A stretch of 37,677 nucleotides of DNA, taken from positions 1 to 37,677 of the IMG/VR virus record IMGVR_UViG_3300035665_000118; one strand, written 5' to 3'. Position 1 is the first letter of the stretch. The number at the start of each line of letters is the position of its first letter. Below, piece by piece: positions 8,728 through 19,511 of the stretch. The stretch comes from a virus. Its lineage: Duplodnaviria; Caudoviricetes. The position numbers were made by a program, and so were the translations under genes. The notes under the pieces were generated by a model. The model worked only from the letters and a program-made list of their open reading frames with translations. It did no database searches and was not told where the DNA came from.

Positions 8728-11700
8728 TAATCCTCTGCTGGAATCAAATTACGGCTAATCATTTCTTTAGTAAAATCTTTCAAAGTAAACTGACGATTAA
8801 TCAACTCACTACGAACATTATCGTCTTTAATAATTGTAATCGGAATACCCAACTCATTCAACCATGATTGACCAGTTCGGGTAGCATAATTTTCTTTACC
8901 ACCCAAAGTACCGCCAGACAATCTTTGCAATCTGGAAATCAACGGAATAGCGTTACCCAAAGCATATTGAGTAAAACCCCTAATTGTTTTGTTGCCCTCT
9001 TTGTCATAAACAGGGTCAAACCCGATTGCTTCCAAAACATTAACAGCGGCTAACTCCAACCCACGAGCAGGTGTTTTTTCAGGGAACGGACCAACATTAA
9101 GCCCAAGTTGCCTACCAGCAACAAACTCAAAAGGCAGTTTATAAACTGGATACGCCTGACCAATTATTCTGCGTGGGTCTAAAATTGAGAGCAAACTTTC
9201 CTGCAATCTTTGTTGAGGCAAATCAGGTTGAATCGTATAATAGCCCTCACCCAGCAACGGCACATCACCACGACCAACACCCAACGGCTCACGGGATTCT
9301 TGCCATTCAGGGATAATTTCTCTGCTATCAACAGGCAACGACTGTTGCACCTTCTCGTAAATGTTGTATGCGTTTGGACGCATAAACTGGTTTGTTATTT
9401 GATTCGGAATGTTTCGTGTTGTCCAAATCCAAAACGGCACCAACTGCAACGCAGCCTCATCCAACTTGGACAAATCGGTATAATCAAAATGGTAGCGGGT
9501 TACTTTTGCAACCGCATCATCGTAACTACCACCCTTCAATATGGTGTCTAATGCCATCGGGAATCGTACCGCTGCTTCAACACGGGTGTTCGCACGGCGA
9601 ACAGTCCTAGTGTACGAGTTGGTAGAGAATCCTTGTTTGCGAACAAACTCCGCTGCGTTCTCTGCAGCAGGCTGCATGCGTGTACCCAAACTAAAAGAAT
9701 CCAAACCAGTTTTATTCAACAAATTGATTACACGCTCACCGAGCGTGCCAGCAATAACAGGTTCACGCAAATCTGTAAACGACCCCTGTAATCCTGTTGC
9801 AATCGCCGCCTTCAATGCCTGCTCATATTGCCCACGCACCACAGTGTCCGTAATGCCAAGTTCATCCAACCACTTTGCTGCACCATGCTTGTTGTATGCG
9901 TTCATAGCCTGAACACCCTTAACCGCAGTCATGCCATCAACACCAGCGACAGCGTTCATAAACATAGACGAATACGAGTTACGAACAACAAAACCAACAC
10001 TGGTTACCGCATAAGTTTTAAACAAACTATTTGCAGCGGACAAAAACTGTCTAACCATACCAGCGTTCGCTGTGCTAAGAAGTTTCTGCAAATTAGGTTT
10101 CCACACAGATAACAACTGCTCAGGTGCTTGCACACCCAAACCTAGGATTGCTTCCCATCCTTCAAGCACCCTTTGTTCTACTGGTGCCATAACTTCACCA
10201 AACCTGCCAGCCTTAACAATGTCTAGTAGTTCACGGTTAGCGGTAACAGCGTCCTCTGCTTGAGCCATACCGACCTCACCGACATGCAACAACTGTGTTA
10301 CACGCTCGTATGCCGTCTTAACTGTTTTGTCTTTAATGAACTTCGTGGATTCAACACTGCGTTGAACACTGCGTACCCACTCACGGGCAGCAACACCAGC
10401 CTCACCCCTTGCAGGCATATCTAGCATAGATTGCCCAACAGCAGCAAGTTCATTACGCAAAGCGTTACCTGTGCTGTCGCTCCACTGTTTTAATGTTTTG
10501 GCTTGTTCAAACAAAACCGTTAAACGGTCTTGATACTCTAATAATTTTCTTTCCGCACCTACGATTGTTTGCGTTGTTGCGCTAGAAGTTCCCACACCTG
10601 TTCCGAGAACGCCCTGATTTCCTGCTGGGACATTTCTGCTAACGGCTTGGGTGGCTGTATCAATTCCACGAACTCCTGTTGTTTCTTCTCTACCACCAGT
10701 TCCTCCTGTCGGTATTTCTGTTTGATTTTTTACATCCCAAATTGACTGCTGATTTCTTTCAACACCAGTTCTAATTGCTTCATCTTCTTTAAGTATATTG
10801 TCCACAACATCCAAAACAACTTCGTTGTTCTTTTTATCGTGCCAAACACCAAGATAGTTTTTGCCACCCAACTGTTCTTTCTTACTGTTGAAATATGATT
10901 CCAATATGTTTACACCAGTTGATTTCTCAAAGAAATCCGATGCAGGAACAATACTAGAAAATTCTTTTCTTGCAACCATATAACCAACATTTGGCTCTTT
11001 GCCTGTCAGCATACGCACAGACAAACCTTCGTTGGCTGCAACTTTTTCTATAATGGATTCAAGTTCTTTTGGTTTAGGAACAGCAATTTGTTTTGCTCGT
11101 CCACCAACACGAATGTTGCTAACAGACTGAGCAATAGAACGCTCTAAATTTCTGCGCAACTTTGCTTCTTCTTTTGTCGCTGCCTGTAATGCTTTTGTAA
11201 TGCCAGCACGGTCCAACACAACTTTCTGCCCAGCAATATTGACCGTTTGCTTTGTGCCTGTAATCTGCGCAACTTGTGCTCGTGCACCAGCAACAACTTG
11301 CTGTCGTTGTATCTTTTGCTTAGCCAACATTTCTTTTTGAGCGGTCAATTCGTTAATACGACTAGCAATAGAACTACGAGCAACATCAACTTCTTGGCGT
11401 GCCCCAGCAGCCGCAGCCAAACGACCCGCAGCAGCCTCGCTAGCAGTCGTATAATCAGAACGCAATATAGAACCCAACACAGGGTTGTCGGCACCCTGAA
11501 CAGGTGCCGTAGTTGAATTAGACGGTGTAACCATATAGTCCTGTGGTTTAACAACAACAATCGCAGTATCCTCGGCAGTGTCATCAAACAATTTCGCAGG
11601 CAACAACAACCCGTCCATCTGCCTTTCTAGGTCGGCAGCCAAAGCCACATCACCCAAAGCCGAATCTATAATCATTCTGCCAGTTTGTTCCGCAGCAGGG

Positions 11701-14700
11701 TCACCCGATATGTGCGCAATACCAACCATAGATGCAACAAAATCATCATAAATGTTTTTAACAACATCAGAGTCACCGCCCGCAGGCATCTCACGACCAG
11801 CATTATCCAATATGTCATCAATCAAATTAACTAAATCTGGATAGCCACGCTCAATTTCTGGGTCCAACGGCAAACCCTGTTTCAAGTCATAATAGGTTTT
11901 GATAAACACCCTGTCAGCATCCAACCCAGCATCTTGCAGTTGTGTATCAATGCTTTTAACAAAGTTGTCTGACCCAAATATTTCTTGAATACCATCCGAT
12001 GTCCGTGAATCAACAACCTTGTTATCAGGAAAAGCATGGACACCAATCACATCAGAAGCACCTTGAAATATTGTTGGTTCGCTATGAAGCAACTGAAACG
12101 GTGCGTCAGGCGAACCTAAATCGGTTTGACTAGTGTATAGAAACCCGTTGTCAGGAGCATAAGTTTGTGCAGAACGCACCTCACCCATAATGCGATACCC
12201 GTTTTGCAAATCTTTATAATAGCCTTCTTGCTGCACCAATGCAGCATATTCAGGGCTGTTCGGGTCCACCAAATCTAGTTGTGCATTAATCTTGCGCAAC
12301 TCGGCTGTAACGGCTCGTGCTTCACGAGAAACAGGAGCGCCACGAGCCGCCATAATGCGGTCAGCCAAAATGTTTATATCATCAGGAATCCGTTTGGAGT
12401 TTGGAAACATCGCCATATATGTTTGCTGCAAAGTTGTGCGCACCTCAGCCAAACCGCCATCACCAATCTCAACCGCTTGACGCAACTCTTTAACTTGTGC
12501 CAACAACACAGAATGTGTTGCATCAAAGTTTTCACGCATAGACACTTCAACGGTACTTGCCATAGTGCGGGCACGAGACAAGTCAAACTCTAACGCCCGC
12601 AGTTTTGTTACAGTTGTTTTAATCTCACGCTCAGTAAGTTTGCGTTGTTTCAAATTTTCTTTAACTAAATCGTCAGCATATTTCATGCCACGATTAACAA
12701 TCTCGCCCAAGGTTTGTCGCTGGTTGGCAGCACCTTTACGCAACGAATTACGAACAGCCACCAAACCTTTGTGTGATTTAATTAGTTCAGAAGCAAGCGC
12801 TTTGTTTGGGATTTCAACATCTATCAATTTTTGCGCAGCGTCCTCACCATACGCCATCAACCGCCTAGTAAACACTTCACGGCTTTGCTGTTTAGCCAAA
12901 GAAAACGAATACGAATCAGCAACATTACCGATATCGGTATCAAAAAAGTTTATATCAGTGCCTGAAACTTCTTTAAAAATTTTGTTAATTTCATCAATGC
13001 CACCTTTTTCTAATATGCGACCCATAAATTCTTCGCCAGCCTTCAGGCTGCGAAACTTTAACGGTGCACCAACAGTAACAATTTCGTTATAACTAAGATT
13101 ATTTGTATTAAAAACAACCTTTTTACCAGTCTTTTTATCTTTGAACGGAATCGGTTTAGCACCAAAAGCATCTATGGAACGCAAAAAACTTTTAGCATCT
13201 TTGGTAATTGTGTGATGAACATAGTTATCAATAAAACTAAAATCAGGGATGTCAGTATCAAAATCAAAACCAAACTGTTTATATTTTTGTTCAACAGACT
13301 TATAGGCACTATCTTGCCAAGCCTTATAGCGTTTAATTAATCCATCTTCAATAGCGGTTCTTGGTAACTCGGGGTCCTCAATAAGACTAATTAGTTTGCT
13401 GGCAACTCCAGCGTCACGGGCTTCATCAATAATTTCTTTAACGCCACTTGTAAACAATGCGTACGCATGACCTGTTTCACCCTTACCAGCGTTAGCAGCA
13501 GACCATCCAGCCAAGCCACGAATAACTGTTGTGTTGTTTAAAATATATTCGCCGCCTAAAGTTTTTCTTCCAGCACCAGCCAAACTTATTCTGCTAGCAG
13601 GTGTGAACACGGGGACAACCACATCACCTAAACCTTTTGCCCTAAGAGGCAAAGTGACGACTGAACGAGCAATATCACCAATCTGTGCACGGGTCAAAGC
13701 CCAACCTTGACCAATAACATCAGCAATGGGTTCAGTCCATTGCACAGGTTTACCAGCCAAACGCAAACCAGTATTAATACCTTCAGCCAAACGAATCTCT
13801 CTAGGGATAGCCCACATGCCGATGCGATTAATTTCATTAGCCTTACCAACCAGCGTAGGATACTTTTCCAACATTTCTGTTGTCATAAACTTTGCTGCCA
13901 AGGTCGCACGCCCAGCCTTGCCAACATATTGAACTTGACCAACACCAGTAACATAATTTAACGGTTTAGTAATTTCTTCAGAAATAAGGTTTTGAACAGT
14001 GCCAATATATTTGTTACGCTCAACATTGCGTTTAGCAATAACAGTTTTCTTTAAACCCCAATCAGGGTCCTTAGCCTGATTAATAAAATCTGTAAAACTA
14101 GGTGTAATTTTATCTTCACCGATATCTGGGCGTTTTAACAATTCTTCTTTTGTGTTGCCCATACTTATAATGTCAGCACCAATTTGAGCAAGAGGTGTTG
14201 CCAGTAAGGAACCAGCCGATTTAGCAACCCCTCTCAATATGGGGTTTTTTATACTAAGTTGCAAATCAGACAACTCTTTGCTAGCAGATTGACCAACACG
14301 ATTAATTGGGTTAAGAACTTTCCCAAACAACCCAGCAACAGCCTCACCTTGAGACTGCAACGAAAAATCTCCACCAGCAGTAGTAACCGACTTGTAACTA
14401 GATTTAAACGGGGATAACACTTTAGAAACAGCAACATTTTGTAGTTTTTTGATAAACGATGGTGTTGGACCACCAGTAGAAACTTCTCGTTTTTGACCCG
14501 CTGCAATACGCTCGGCATCCGCAATAAGTTCCTGTTTCTGTTTAGCAGTTAAACTTTCTGAAAGACGGATTCTTTCTTGAACAGTTCGTGCACCAGTAAG
14601 TAACTTTTGCTGTTCTTCCGATGTGGTTGATTTTTCTTCTTTAAAAACAACAGGTTTTGTTGATTCTTGAACAACAGGAGATGGTGTTGTCGGCGCATTT

Positions 14701-14801
14701 TCCCCATACAGCGTTTTATAGTAATCTTCTAACTTTGGCGGTTTAGGCGGTGTTTTACCGCTCTTACGAAAAGCAGTTACTGGATTCGGTGTAATCGCCA
14801 T
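8727..14801 (-). CDS. Giant internal virion / DNA-ejection protein (~2024 aa)
   Basis: Last large late gene after the nozzle; coiled-coil regions; C-terminal FDY..L.......PFW.W..RN.P motif typical of podophage ejection proteins. Confidence 0.75.
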   Translation of the reverse strand: MAITPNPVTAFRKSGKTPPKPPKLEDYYKTLYGENAPTTPSPVVQESTKPVVFKEEKSTTSEEQQKLLTGARTVQERIRLSESLTAKQKQELIADAERIAAGQKREVSTGGPTPSFIKKLQNVAVSKVLSPFKSSYKSVTTAGGDFSLQSQGEAVAGLFGKVLNPINRVGQSASKELSDLQLSIKNPILRGVAKSAGSLLATPLAQIGADIISMGNTKEELLKRPDIGEDKITPSFTDFINQAKDPDWGLKKTVIAKRNVERNKYIGTVQNLISEEITKPLNYVTGVGQVQYVGKAGRATLAAKFMTTEMLEKYPTLVGKANEINRIGMWAIPREIRLAEGINTGLRLAGKPVQWTEPIADVIGQGWALTRAQIGDIARSVVTLPLRAKGLGDVVVPVFTPASRISLAGAGRKTLGGEYILNNTTVIRGLAGWSAANAGKGETGHAYALFTSGVKEIIDEARDAGVASKLISLIEDPELPRTAIEDGLIKRYKAWQDSAYKSVEQKYKQFGFDFDTDIPDFSFIDNYVHHTITKDAKSFLRSIDAFGAKPIPFKDKKTGKKVVFNTNNLSYNEIVTVGAPLKFRSLKAGEEFMGRILEKGGIDEINKIFKEVSGTDINFFDTDIGNVADSYSFSLAKQQSREVFTRRLMAYGEDAAQKLIDVEIPNKALASELIKSHKGLVAVRNSLRKGAANQRQTLGEIVNRGMKYADDLVKENLKQRKLTEREIKTTVTKLRALEFDLSRARTMASTVEVSMRENFDATHSVLLAQVKELRQAVEIGDGGLAEVRTTLQQTYMAMFPNSKRIPDDINILADRIMAARGAPVSREARAVTAELRKINAQLDLVDPNSPEYAALVQQEGYYKDLQNGYRIMGEVRSAQTYAPDNGFLYTSQTDLGSPDAPFQLLHSEPTIFQGASDVIGVHAFPDNKVVDSRTSDGIQEIFGSDNFVKSIDTQLQDAGLDADRVFIKTYYDLKQGLPLDPEIERGYPDLVNLIDDILDNAGREMPAGGDSDVVKNIYDDFVASMVGIAHISGDPAAEQTGRMIIDSALGDVALAADLERQMDGLLLPAKLFDDTAEDTAIVVVKPQDYMVTPSNSTTAPVQGADNPVLGSILRSDYTTASEAAAGRLAAAAGARQEVDVARSSIASRINELTAQKEMLAKQKIQRQQVVAGARAQVAQITGTKQTVNIAGQKVVLDRAGITKALQAATKEEAKLRRNLERSIAQSVSNIRVGGRAKQIAVPKPKELESIIEKVAANEGLSVRMLTGKEPNVGYMVARKEFSSIVPASDFFEKSTGVNILESYFNSKKEQLGGKNYLGVWHDKKNNEVVLDVVDNILKEDEAIRTGVERNQQSIWDVKNQTEIPTGGTGGREETTGVRGIDTATQAVSRNVPAGNQGVLGTGVGTSSATTQTIVGAERKLLEYQDRLTVLFEQAKTLKQWSDSTGNALRNELAAVGQSMLDMPARGEAGVAAREWVRSVQRSVESTKFIKDKTVKTAYERVTQLLHVGEVGMAQAEDAVTANRELLDIVKAGRFGEVMAPVEQRVLEGWEAILGLGVQAPEQLLSVWKPNLQKLLSTANAGMVRQFLSAANSLFKTYAVTSVGFVVRNSYSSMFMNAVAGVDGMTAVKGVQAMNAYNKHGAAKWLDELGITDTVVRGQYEQALKAAIATGLQGSFTDLREPVIAGTLGERVINLLNKTGLDSFSLGTRMQPAAENAAEFVRKQGFSTNSYTRTVRRANTRVEAAVRFPMALDTILKGGSYDDAVAKVTRYHFDYTDLSKLDEAALQLVPFWIWTTRNIPNQITNQFMRPNAYNIYEKVQQSLPVDSREIIPEWQESREPLGVGRGDVPLLGEGYYTIQPDLPQQRLQESLLSILDPRRIIGQAYPVYKLPFEFVAGRQLGLNVGPFPEKTPARGLELAAVNVLEAIGFDPVYDKEGNKTIRGFTQYALGNAIPLISRLQRLSGGTLGGKENYATRTGQSWLNELGIPITIIKDDNVRSELINRQFTLKDFTKEMISRNLIPAED

Positions 14802-14839
14802 CAATTATGCTCTAGTTGTTCCCATAATGGGATTATGGA

Positions 14840-16036
14840 TTAAAACTGATTACGGCGTGCCGCATTAAGGGCGGCAATGGCGGCTTCTCGTTCACGGCGT
14901 TTACGCTCTGCCTCGGCGGCGGCGGCAGCGCCACCATCACCCGCAGGAGGTTCTGTTGGCGGTAACGGTGGTACCACAGGCATCACAGCAGGAGTTTCAC
15001 CATATTGAGCCGCATTAGCCTGAGCCTCAGCAGTTCTAGCAGCAGCCTCTTGCTGCGCCTGCAAACGCTGCATAGCCAACTGGTTAGTCAAATCCGAATA
15101 CTTAGTGTTAATTTGATTCTGATAAATGTTTTGACCCATACCTAATTGTTGGCGACCAGCCGCAGCAGCACCTGTCCCCGCATTACGCAACGCTGCCAAA
15201 TAGTTTTGTGAACCAGTATTTAACTGTTGAGCAGAACTTTTAGCCAACTGTGCATATTGCGCAGCCAACTGCGCATCCATTGCAGACTGACCAGTAACTC
15301 CAGCAGTACCAGCACCTTCAGCACCTAACGCACCCATCAAAGGATTGACGGGTTGGGCTGTAGAAAAATCTACTAACGGAACATTAGAGTACGCTTGTGG
15401 CGCAACAAGCGAGGACAAGAACTGGTTTTCGGCACCAGTAATAGTTTCCTTACCAGCGCTAACAGCCTGAAGCAAAGCATCCAAATCTGCTTGTCTGCGT
15501 GATGGCAAATCTTCTAACTGTCCACCATACAACGCATCTGTTTCCGCACCTTGACGACCATAAATGTTTGCAACCTCAGACAACGCAGCAAATTTGCGTT
15601 GTCGTTCAGCAGTTGCATCTGCTTTCTCTTGTGCTGACGCCGCACGGTCATCCAACACTTCTTGTGCTTCACGGTCAGCCTTATCGTATTCCGCTTGAAT
15701 TTTAAGACGAGCAAGTTCATTAGCCAAACGCTGAGCCTCAGTCAAAGCACTACTTCCACCACCAGTTCCACCAGTTTTAGGACCAAACTTTTCTTCAGAT
15801 TTTTGTTGCTTTTTAATAAAATCTGCTTGAGCCTTAGCACGGTCAGATGCCGCATCTAAAGCACGCTGTCTGGCTTCAGAAGAAGAAATATATCCACCAC
15901 CAGTTACATCACCACCAACATTGGTAATATTTTTACCCGAAGAACTCAGACCGTAAGCCCGAGCCCGAGCAGCAAGACGGTCAGCCTGAGACTGAGTACT
16001 TTTAGGTGCTTTACCTTTGTCTTTATCTTTAGCCAC
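14840..16036 (-). CDS. Ala/Gln-rich internal virion (pilot/ejection) protein
   Basis: Composition and position between the nozzle and the giant gene; GGAG SD. Confidence 0.65.
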   Translation of the reverse strand: MAKDKDKGKAPKSTQSQADRLAARARAYGLSSSGKNITNVGGDVTGGGYISSSEARQRALDAASDRAKAQADFIKKQQKSEEKFGPKTGGTGGGSSALTEAQRLANELARLKIQAEYDKADREAQEVLDDRAASAQEKADATAERQRKFAALSEVANIYGRQGAETDALYGGQLEDLPSRRQADLDALLQAVSAGKETITGAENQFLSSLVAPQAYSNVPLVDFSTAQPVNPLMGALGAEGAGTAGVTGQSAMDAQLAAQYAQLAKSSAQQLNTGSQNYLAALRNAGTGAAAAGRQQLGMGQNIYQNQINTKYSDLTNQLAMQRLQAQQEAAARTAEAQANAAQYGETPAVMPVVPPLPPTEPPAGDGGAAAAAEAERKRREREAAIAALNAARRNQF

Positions 16037-16055
16037 AATAATCTCCTACATGTTC

Positions 16056-16490
16056 CTAATAAGAGGCATACTGCTGCAAACTAGCAGCCGTAGCCATAAT
16101 CTGTTGAGCCTTCTGCAAACGCAACTGAGCAATATAATCCTCAAGTTCCGCCTGCTCATCAGCCTCCTGCATCGCAACATTATTTAAATCATCCTGAATG
16201 TTCTGTGTCTCAGCACCCAAATCCCGTTGAAACTTCTCCGCATAACGACTAAGACTAGAACGGCGAATACCCGACTTAACATTTGCACCACCCAAACCAC
16301 GCTGACCAAAACTAGACGCCAACGGCTGATAACCCTCAGTGTAAACACGGCTAACATCCTCAAGACGGCGCTTACCACGCTTCTGCCCCTGAAACGCTGC
16401 AGCCTGATTAGCCAACGAACCACGCTGACGGCGGCGCAAAGCAGACGCCTCAGCCAACCCATAATCACCATAATTTTCCATCATGCTCAT
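16056..16490 (-). CDS. Small internal virion protein
   Basis: Helical Q/A-rich; RGL..SG motif; position. Confidence 0.6.
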   Translation of the reverse strand: MSMMENYGDYGLAEASALRRRQRGSLANQAAAFQGQKRGKRRLEDVSRVYTEGYQPLASSFGQRGLGGANVKSGIRRSSLSRYAEKFQRDLGAETQNIQDDLNNVAMQEADEQAELEDYIAQLRLQKAQQIMATAASLQQYASY

Positions 16491-16497
16491 AATGCTT

Positions 16498-16635
16498 TTA
16501 GCCCTGCTTCAATGTTTTTAACTCGTCATTCATTTCATTTACTTTCTTACTGATATCGGTAAAAATTTGGCGCAACACATCCGCATCAACACTAGTAAGA
16601 ATGTTAATCAGAGGAAGATTCAAATTTTCTGCCAT
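16498..16635 (-). CDS. 45-aa coiled-coil protein (not in ORF track)
   Basis: MAENLNLPLINILTSVDADVLRQIFTDISKKVNEMNDELKTLKQG; TAATG coupling. Confidence 0.65.
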   Translation of the reverse strand: MAENLNLPLINILTSVDADVLRQIFTDISKKVNEMNDELKTLKQG

Positions 16636-16931
16636 TATCCAAACACCTGCGAACCCAACACAACTTGGTCACTATCACCAGTAGCGCTGGTACCTGATGC
16701 CGCTGCTGTTAAACGACCTTGCGAATCAACCGTAATGTTCGCTGTCGTATATGCGCCAGCAACAACACCAGTCGCAGACAACGAACCGCTAGTGATAGCA
16801 CCAGCATCAATATTTGTCCCCGCCGCAAGAGCCTCAACAAAAGTTTTGACAGCAGTAAAGTTTCCATTAACTTCTGCTGCGACAGCAGTAGTACCATTAA
16901 CAAAACTATAAGGAATAGAAAGTGTAGCCAT
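16635..16931 (-). CDS. Short fibre/tail-associated protein
   Basis: N-terminal F..GT.A.A.EVN.NF anchor-like motif and GV.AG.Y....ITVD.QGR.T.A fibre repeat. Confidence 0.65.
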   Translation of the reverse strand: MATLSIPYSFVNGTTAVAAEVNGNFTAVKTFVEALAAGTNIDAGAITSGSLSATGVVAGAYTTANITVDSQGRLTAAASGTSATGDSDQVVLGSQVFG

Positions 16932-18532
16932 TAACCCTTAACCCTTCGTGATTGAAATTTGTAACCAATACTGTTAATACCCCATCTTTTACCCAGTTCG
17001 CCAGAAAACTCCAACTGAACACACCTAGCCAAACCAAGATTAGAACCAGTGACAACAACAGCGCTAGCAGCACCAGCACCCCACAACCCAGTACCCCACA
17101 AACCAGAACCCCAAGCCATCGCAGTTGTATCAGGAGTCAAAGTCAAATTAAAAGTCCTACGCTGATTACCTTCAGCCTCATCAAAATTGTGGTACACATC
17201 AACCGTAATAGTGGTACTTGCATTAGGTTCCTTCAAAACAAAATCAGGTCTGCGAAACATTTTCTTTTGAATATAAGAACCAGCATCAAACCATTTAGTG
17301 CGATAACGGGTAACAAAACTACTTGCAGTACCATCCAAGTTGTCTTGCTGCTCCTCATAATTATCTACAGAAACAACACGCCCAATATTTGCATGACACA
17401 TCAAACCAAAAGACACACCACTAGAGTTTTCCCAGTTAATACCACCAACAAGCCCATACGAATCAGATGACTGAAACATTGTGTATGTCCCAGCAGCATT
17501 AATAGAAGGGTCATAAACAAAATTGACCGTCACCTTAGTGGCGGCAGAACCAGTTGTAGAATACGGCACACCAAACCACACACGGCTATTAACCCAAGAA
17601 ACATCAACAGGTTTAGTCGTCACATCCAAATAGTTTAAATCTATAATCGGTTGCAACTGGTTAAAAATGTTTTTTACACTAGAACCATTATAGTAATGAA
17701 ACCCCTCAGGATACGAAAAAAAATATACACCCACATCAGACTGCGCAAAACTACGAGGAGTGTTAATACCAAGATGGTTAGATAACTCAACAATAGTGAA
17801 ACTTGCTGAATCGTAACCAAACAAAACAAAAATGGCTCTAGGTTTAAAAATTACCAACTGACCAGAAACCACAGCCAAACCAGTAACACCATTCCCGCCA
17901 CCCTCCACATCAATATAGTCATCAGTCATCCAATCCTCAGGTAAAGAATCGTGCGACCAACGCACACGATTCGGAAACTCAACAGAGTTCTCAATAGTAT
18001 TAGCAGCAAACATTTTATTAGCATGGACAGCAAGATGTTTGGCGCACGGCATAAAACCAGCAGTTGGGGTAACATACGGTTGAAAAGTAGGACCGCTCGC
18101 CGTCAAAGCAGTAGCATAAGTATTAGCAGTCTGCCACTTATAGCCACCGTTACCGCTAGTGCCAGTAGAAATATATAAAGTTTTACCCCACTGAGCAAAC
18201 CCTGCACCAAAATTAGAACCAACAGCAATATCGTTACCAGACGAATACTGCAAAGTAGAAAAATTGCTTCCAGTAGAACGATAAACCTTAGTGCTGTTAG
18301 ACAACATTATTTGTGGTGTATCACCATCAAACCGAAACAACCGATGAGGATTCCAACTAGCAATAACACTGCTATTAATCGCTGTATAGCCGCCACGAGT
18401 AAACACCCCACCTCTAGGGTCCACATCAACATTCAACATCTTAGGAGACTCATTCTCAGCCAACTGAAACTGGTCAGCACGAAGATTCAACCCACCAGTA
18501 AAGTCCTGTTGCTCAAAAATGCCGACAGTCAT
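16931..18532 (-). CDS. Tail nozzle / tubular protein B-like
   Basis: DFTGGLN N-terminus, beta-rich 533 aa, follows the adaptor. Confidence 0.8.
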   Translation of the reverse strand: MTVGIFEQQDFTGGLNLRADQFQLAENESPKMLNVDVDPRGGVFTRGGYTAINSSVIASWNPHRLFRFDGDTPQIMLSNSTKVYRSTGSNFSTLQYSSGNDIAVGSNFGAGFAQWGKTLYISTGTSGNGGYKWQTANTYATALTASGPTFQPYVTPTAGFMPCAKHLAVHANKMFAANTIENSVEFPNRVRWSHDSLPEDWMTDDYIDVEGGGNGVTGLAVVSGQLVIFKPRAIFVLFGYDSASFTIVELSNHLGINTPRSFAQSDVGVYFFSYPEGFHYYNGSSVKNIFNQLQPIIDLNYLDVTTKPVDVSWVNSRVWFGVPYSTTGSAATKVTVNFVYDPSINAAGTYTMFQSSDSYGLVGGINWENSSGVSFGLMCHANIGRVVSVDNYEEQQDNLDGTASSFVTRYRTKWFDAGSYIQKKMFRRPDFVLKEPNASTTITVDVYHNFDEAEGNQRRTFNLTLTPDTTAMAWGSGLWGTGLWGAGAASAVVVTGSNLGLARCVQLEFSGELGKRWGINSIGYKFQSRRVKG

Positions 18533-19242
18533 TAGTTACCTAAAGTTCTTCCAAGTTGTTGCATCCAACCCTTGAAGGTTGGTCTGCCACGAGTTTGTCC
18601 ATGCGCCAATATCAAATGGGCGTGACTAACTGGTTTCATTTCGGCGTTTCGTGCTAACGCAACGCCCTCATCAAACGCACGCTTATATTCGGCAGACATA
18701 CCAGTGTCCTCAAGACGCTGATAAATACGACTGCAAGCATAATACACCAAAGGCAAATGCAAATTCTTAGACGCATCAACATTACCTAATGTTGTAAACC
18801 AATCCGTAGGCTCACGATAACCACGACAAGTTAAAGTCCGAACACTGTTCGGCTTGGGATACAAATGTATTTGACTATCCCACACCGAATAAAACAACGG
18901 ATTACCAGAAATGTCGTAAGTACCAACATAGGTTTCCTCAGCCATGTCATGACCAACCATGTCCAAACGGGTACCAATATCGGTGTTATCCACAATGGAA
19001 ATAACCTCACGAATAGGGTCAGCAGTAAAATTGGCAACCGTATAAGCACGCTGGTTTACAACTGTGTTAAAAGTAAAAGTTTCCTCCAGAAACTTCCAAC
19101 GCTTCTCTAAATCTAATATGCGATAATAGCCGTCACGAATATACATATTCAACAAACTGTCTGGCAAATCAGCCGTATCTAAATCCGTTATATCACGGAC
19201 AAACCCACGAATCGTGGCAGCAGTCTGGGCTACATAACCCAT
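18532..19242 (-). CDS. Head-tail adaptor (tubular protein A-like)
   Basis: W.FLE, T......Y, LYP.P, H..LV.YA motifs; position. Confidence 0.75.
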   Translation of the reverse strand: MGYVAQTAATIRGFVRDITDLDTADLPDSLLNMYIRDGYYRILDLEKRWKFLEETFTFNTVVNQRAYTVANFTADPIREVISIVDNTDIGTRLDMVGHDMAEETYVGTYDISGNPLFYSVWDSQIHLYPKPNSVRTLTCRGYREPTDWFTTLGNVDASKNLHLPLVYYACSRIYQRLEDTGMSAEYKRAFDEGVALARNAEMKPVSHAHLILAHGQTRGRPTFKGWMQQLGRTLGN

Positions 19243-19481
19243 TATGAAACCTTTTTAGTTTTAACAGCCTTACGGGTATGCCCAACACAAAACTCGGAAC
19301 CCTTAATGGCAAACCCCTCACAACTGTCCTCGTTAGCGGAACACTTGCCCTCACGACCCAAATAAGGTCCACTAGGGGGCGCCTGACGGGCGCCATCGGT
19401 GTGGGCTAAACGGTATCCAGTAACTTTTGTACCATAATACGCTTGGGCTTGAACTGCTGTAGGAGGGGCATCTGTAGTCAT
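19242..19481 (-). CDS. Small Cys/His protein
   Basis: C......C........C.GH; ATG 16 nt downstream of a GGGAAC motif. Confidence 0.65.
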   Translation of the reverse strand: MTTDAPPTAVQAQAYYGTKVTGYRLAHTDGARQAPPSGPYLGREGKCSANEDSCEGFAIKGSEFCVGHTRKAVKTKKVS

Positions 19482-19511
19482 CACAAATGCTGTATCTGTT
19501 CCCAAATAGGG

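Noticed and set aside
8868-13961. Numerous + strand ORFs opposite the giant gene
   Set aside because: Antisense shadows without SD or recognisable motifs
14806-14823. Sigma-54 GG-N10-GC reading of the GGAAC motif
   Set aside because: Only two of nine copies have the GC, and the TTGC element is absent
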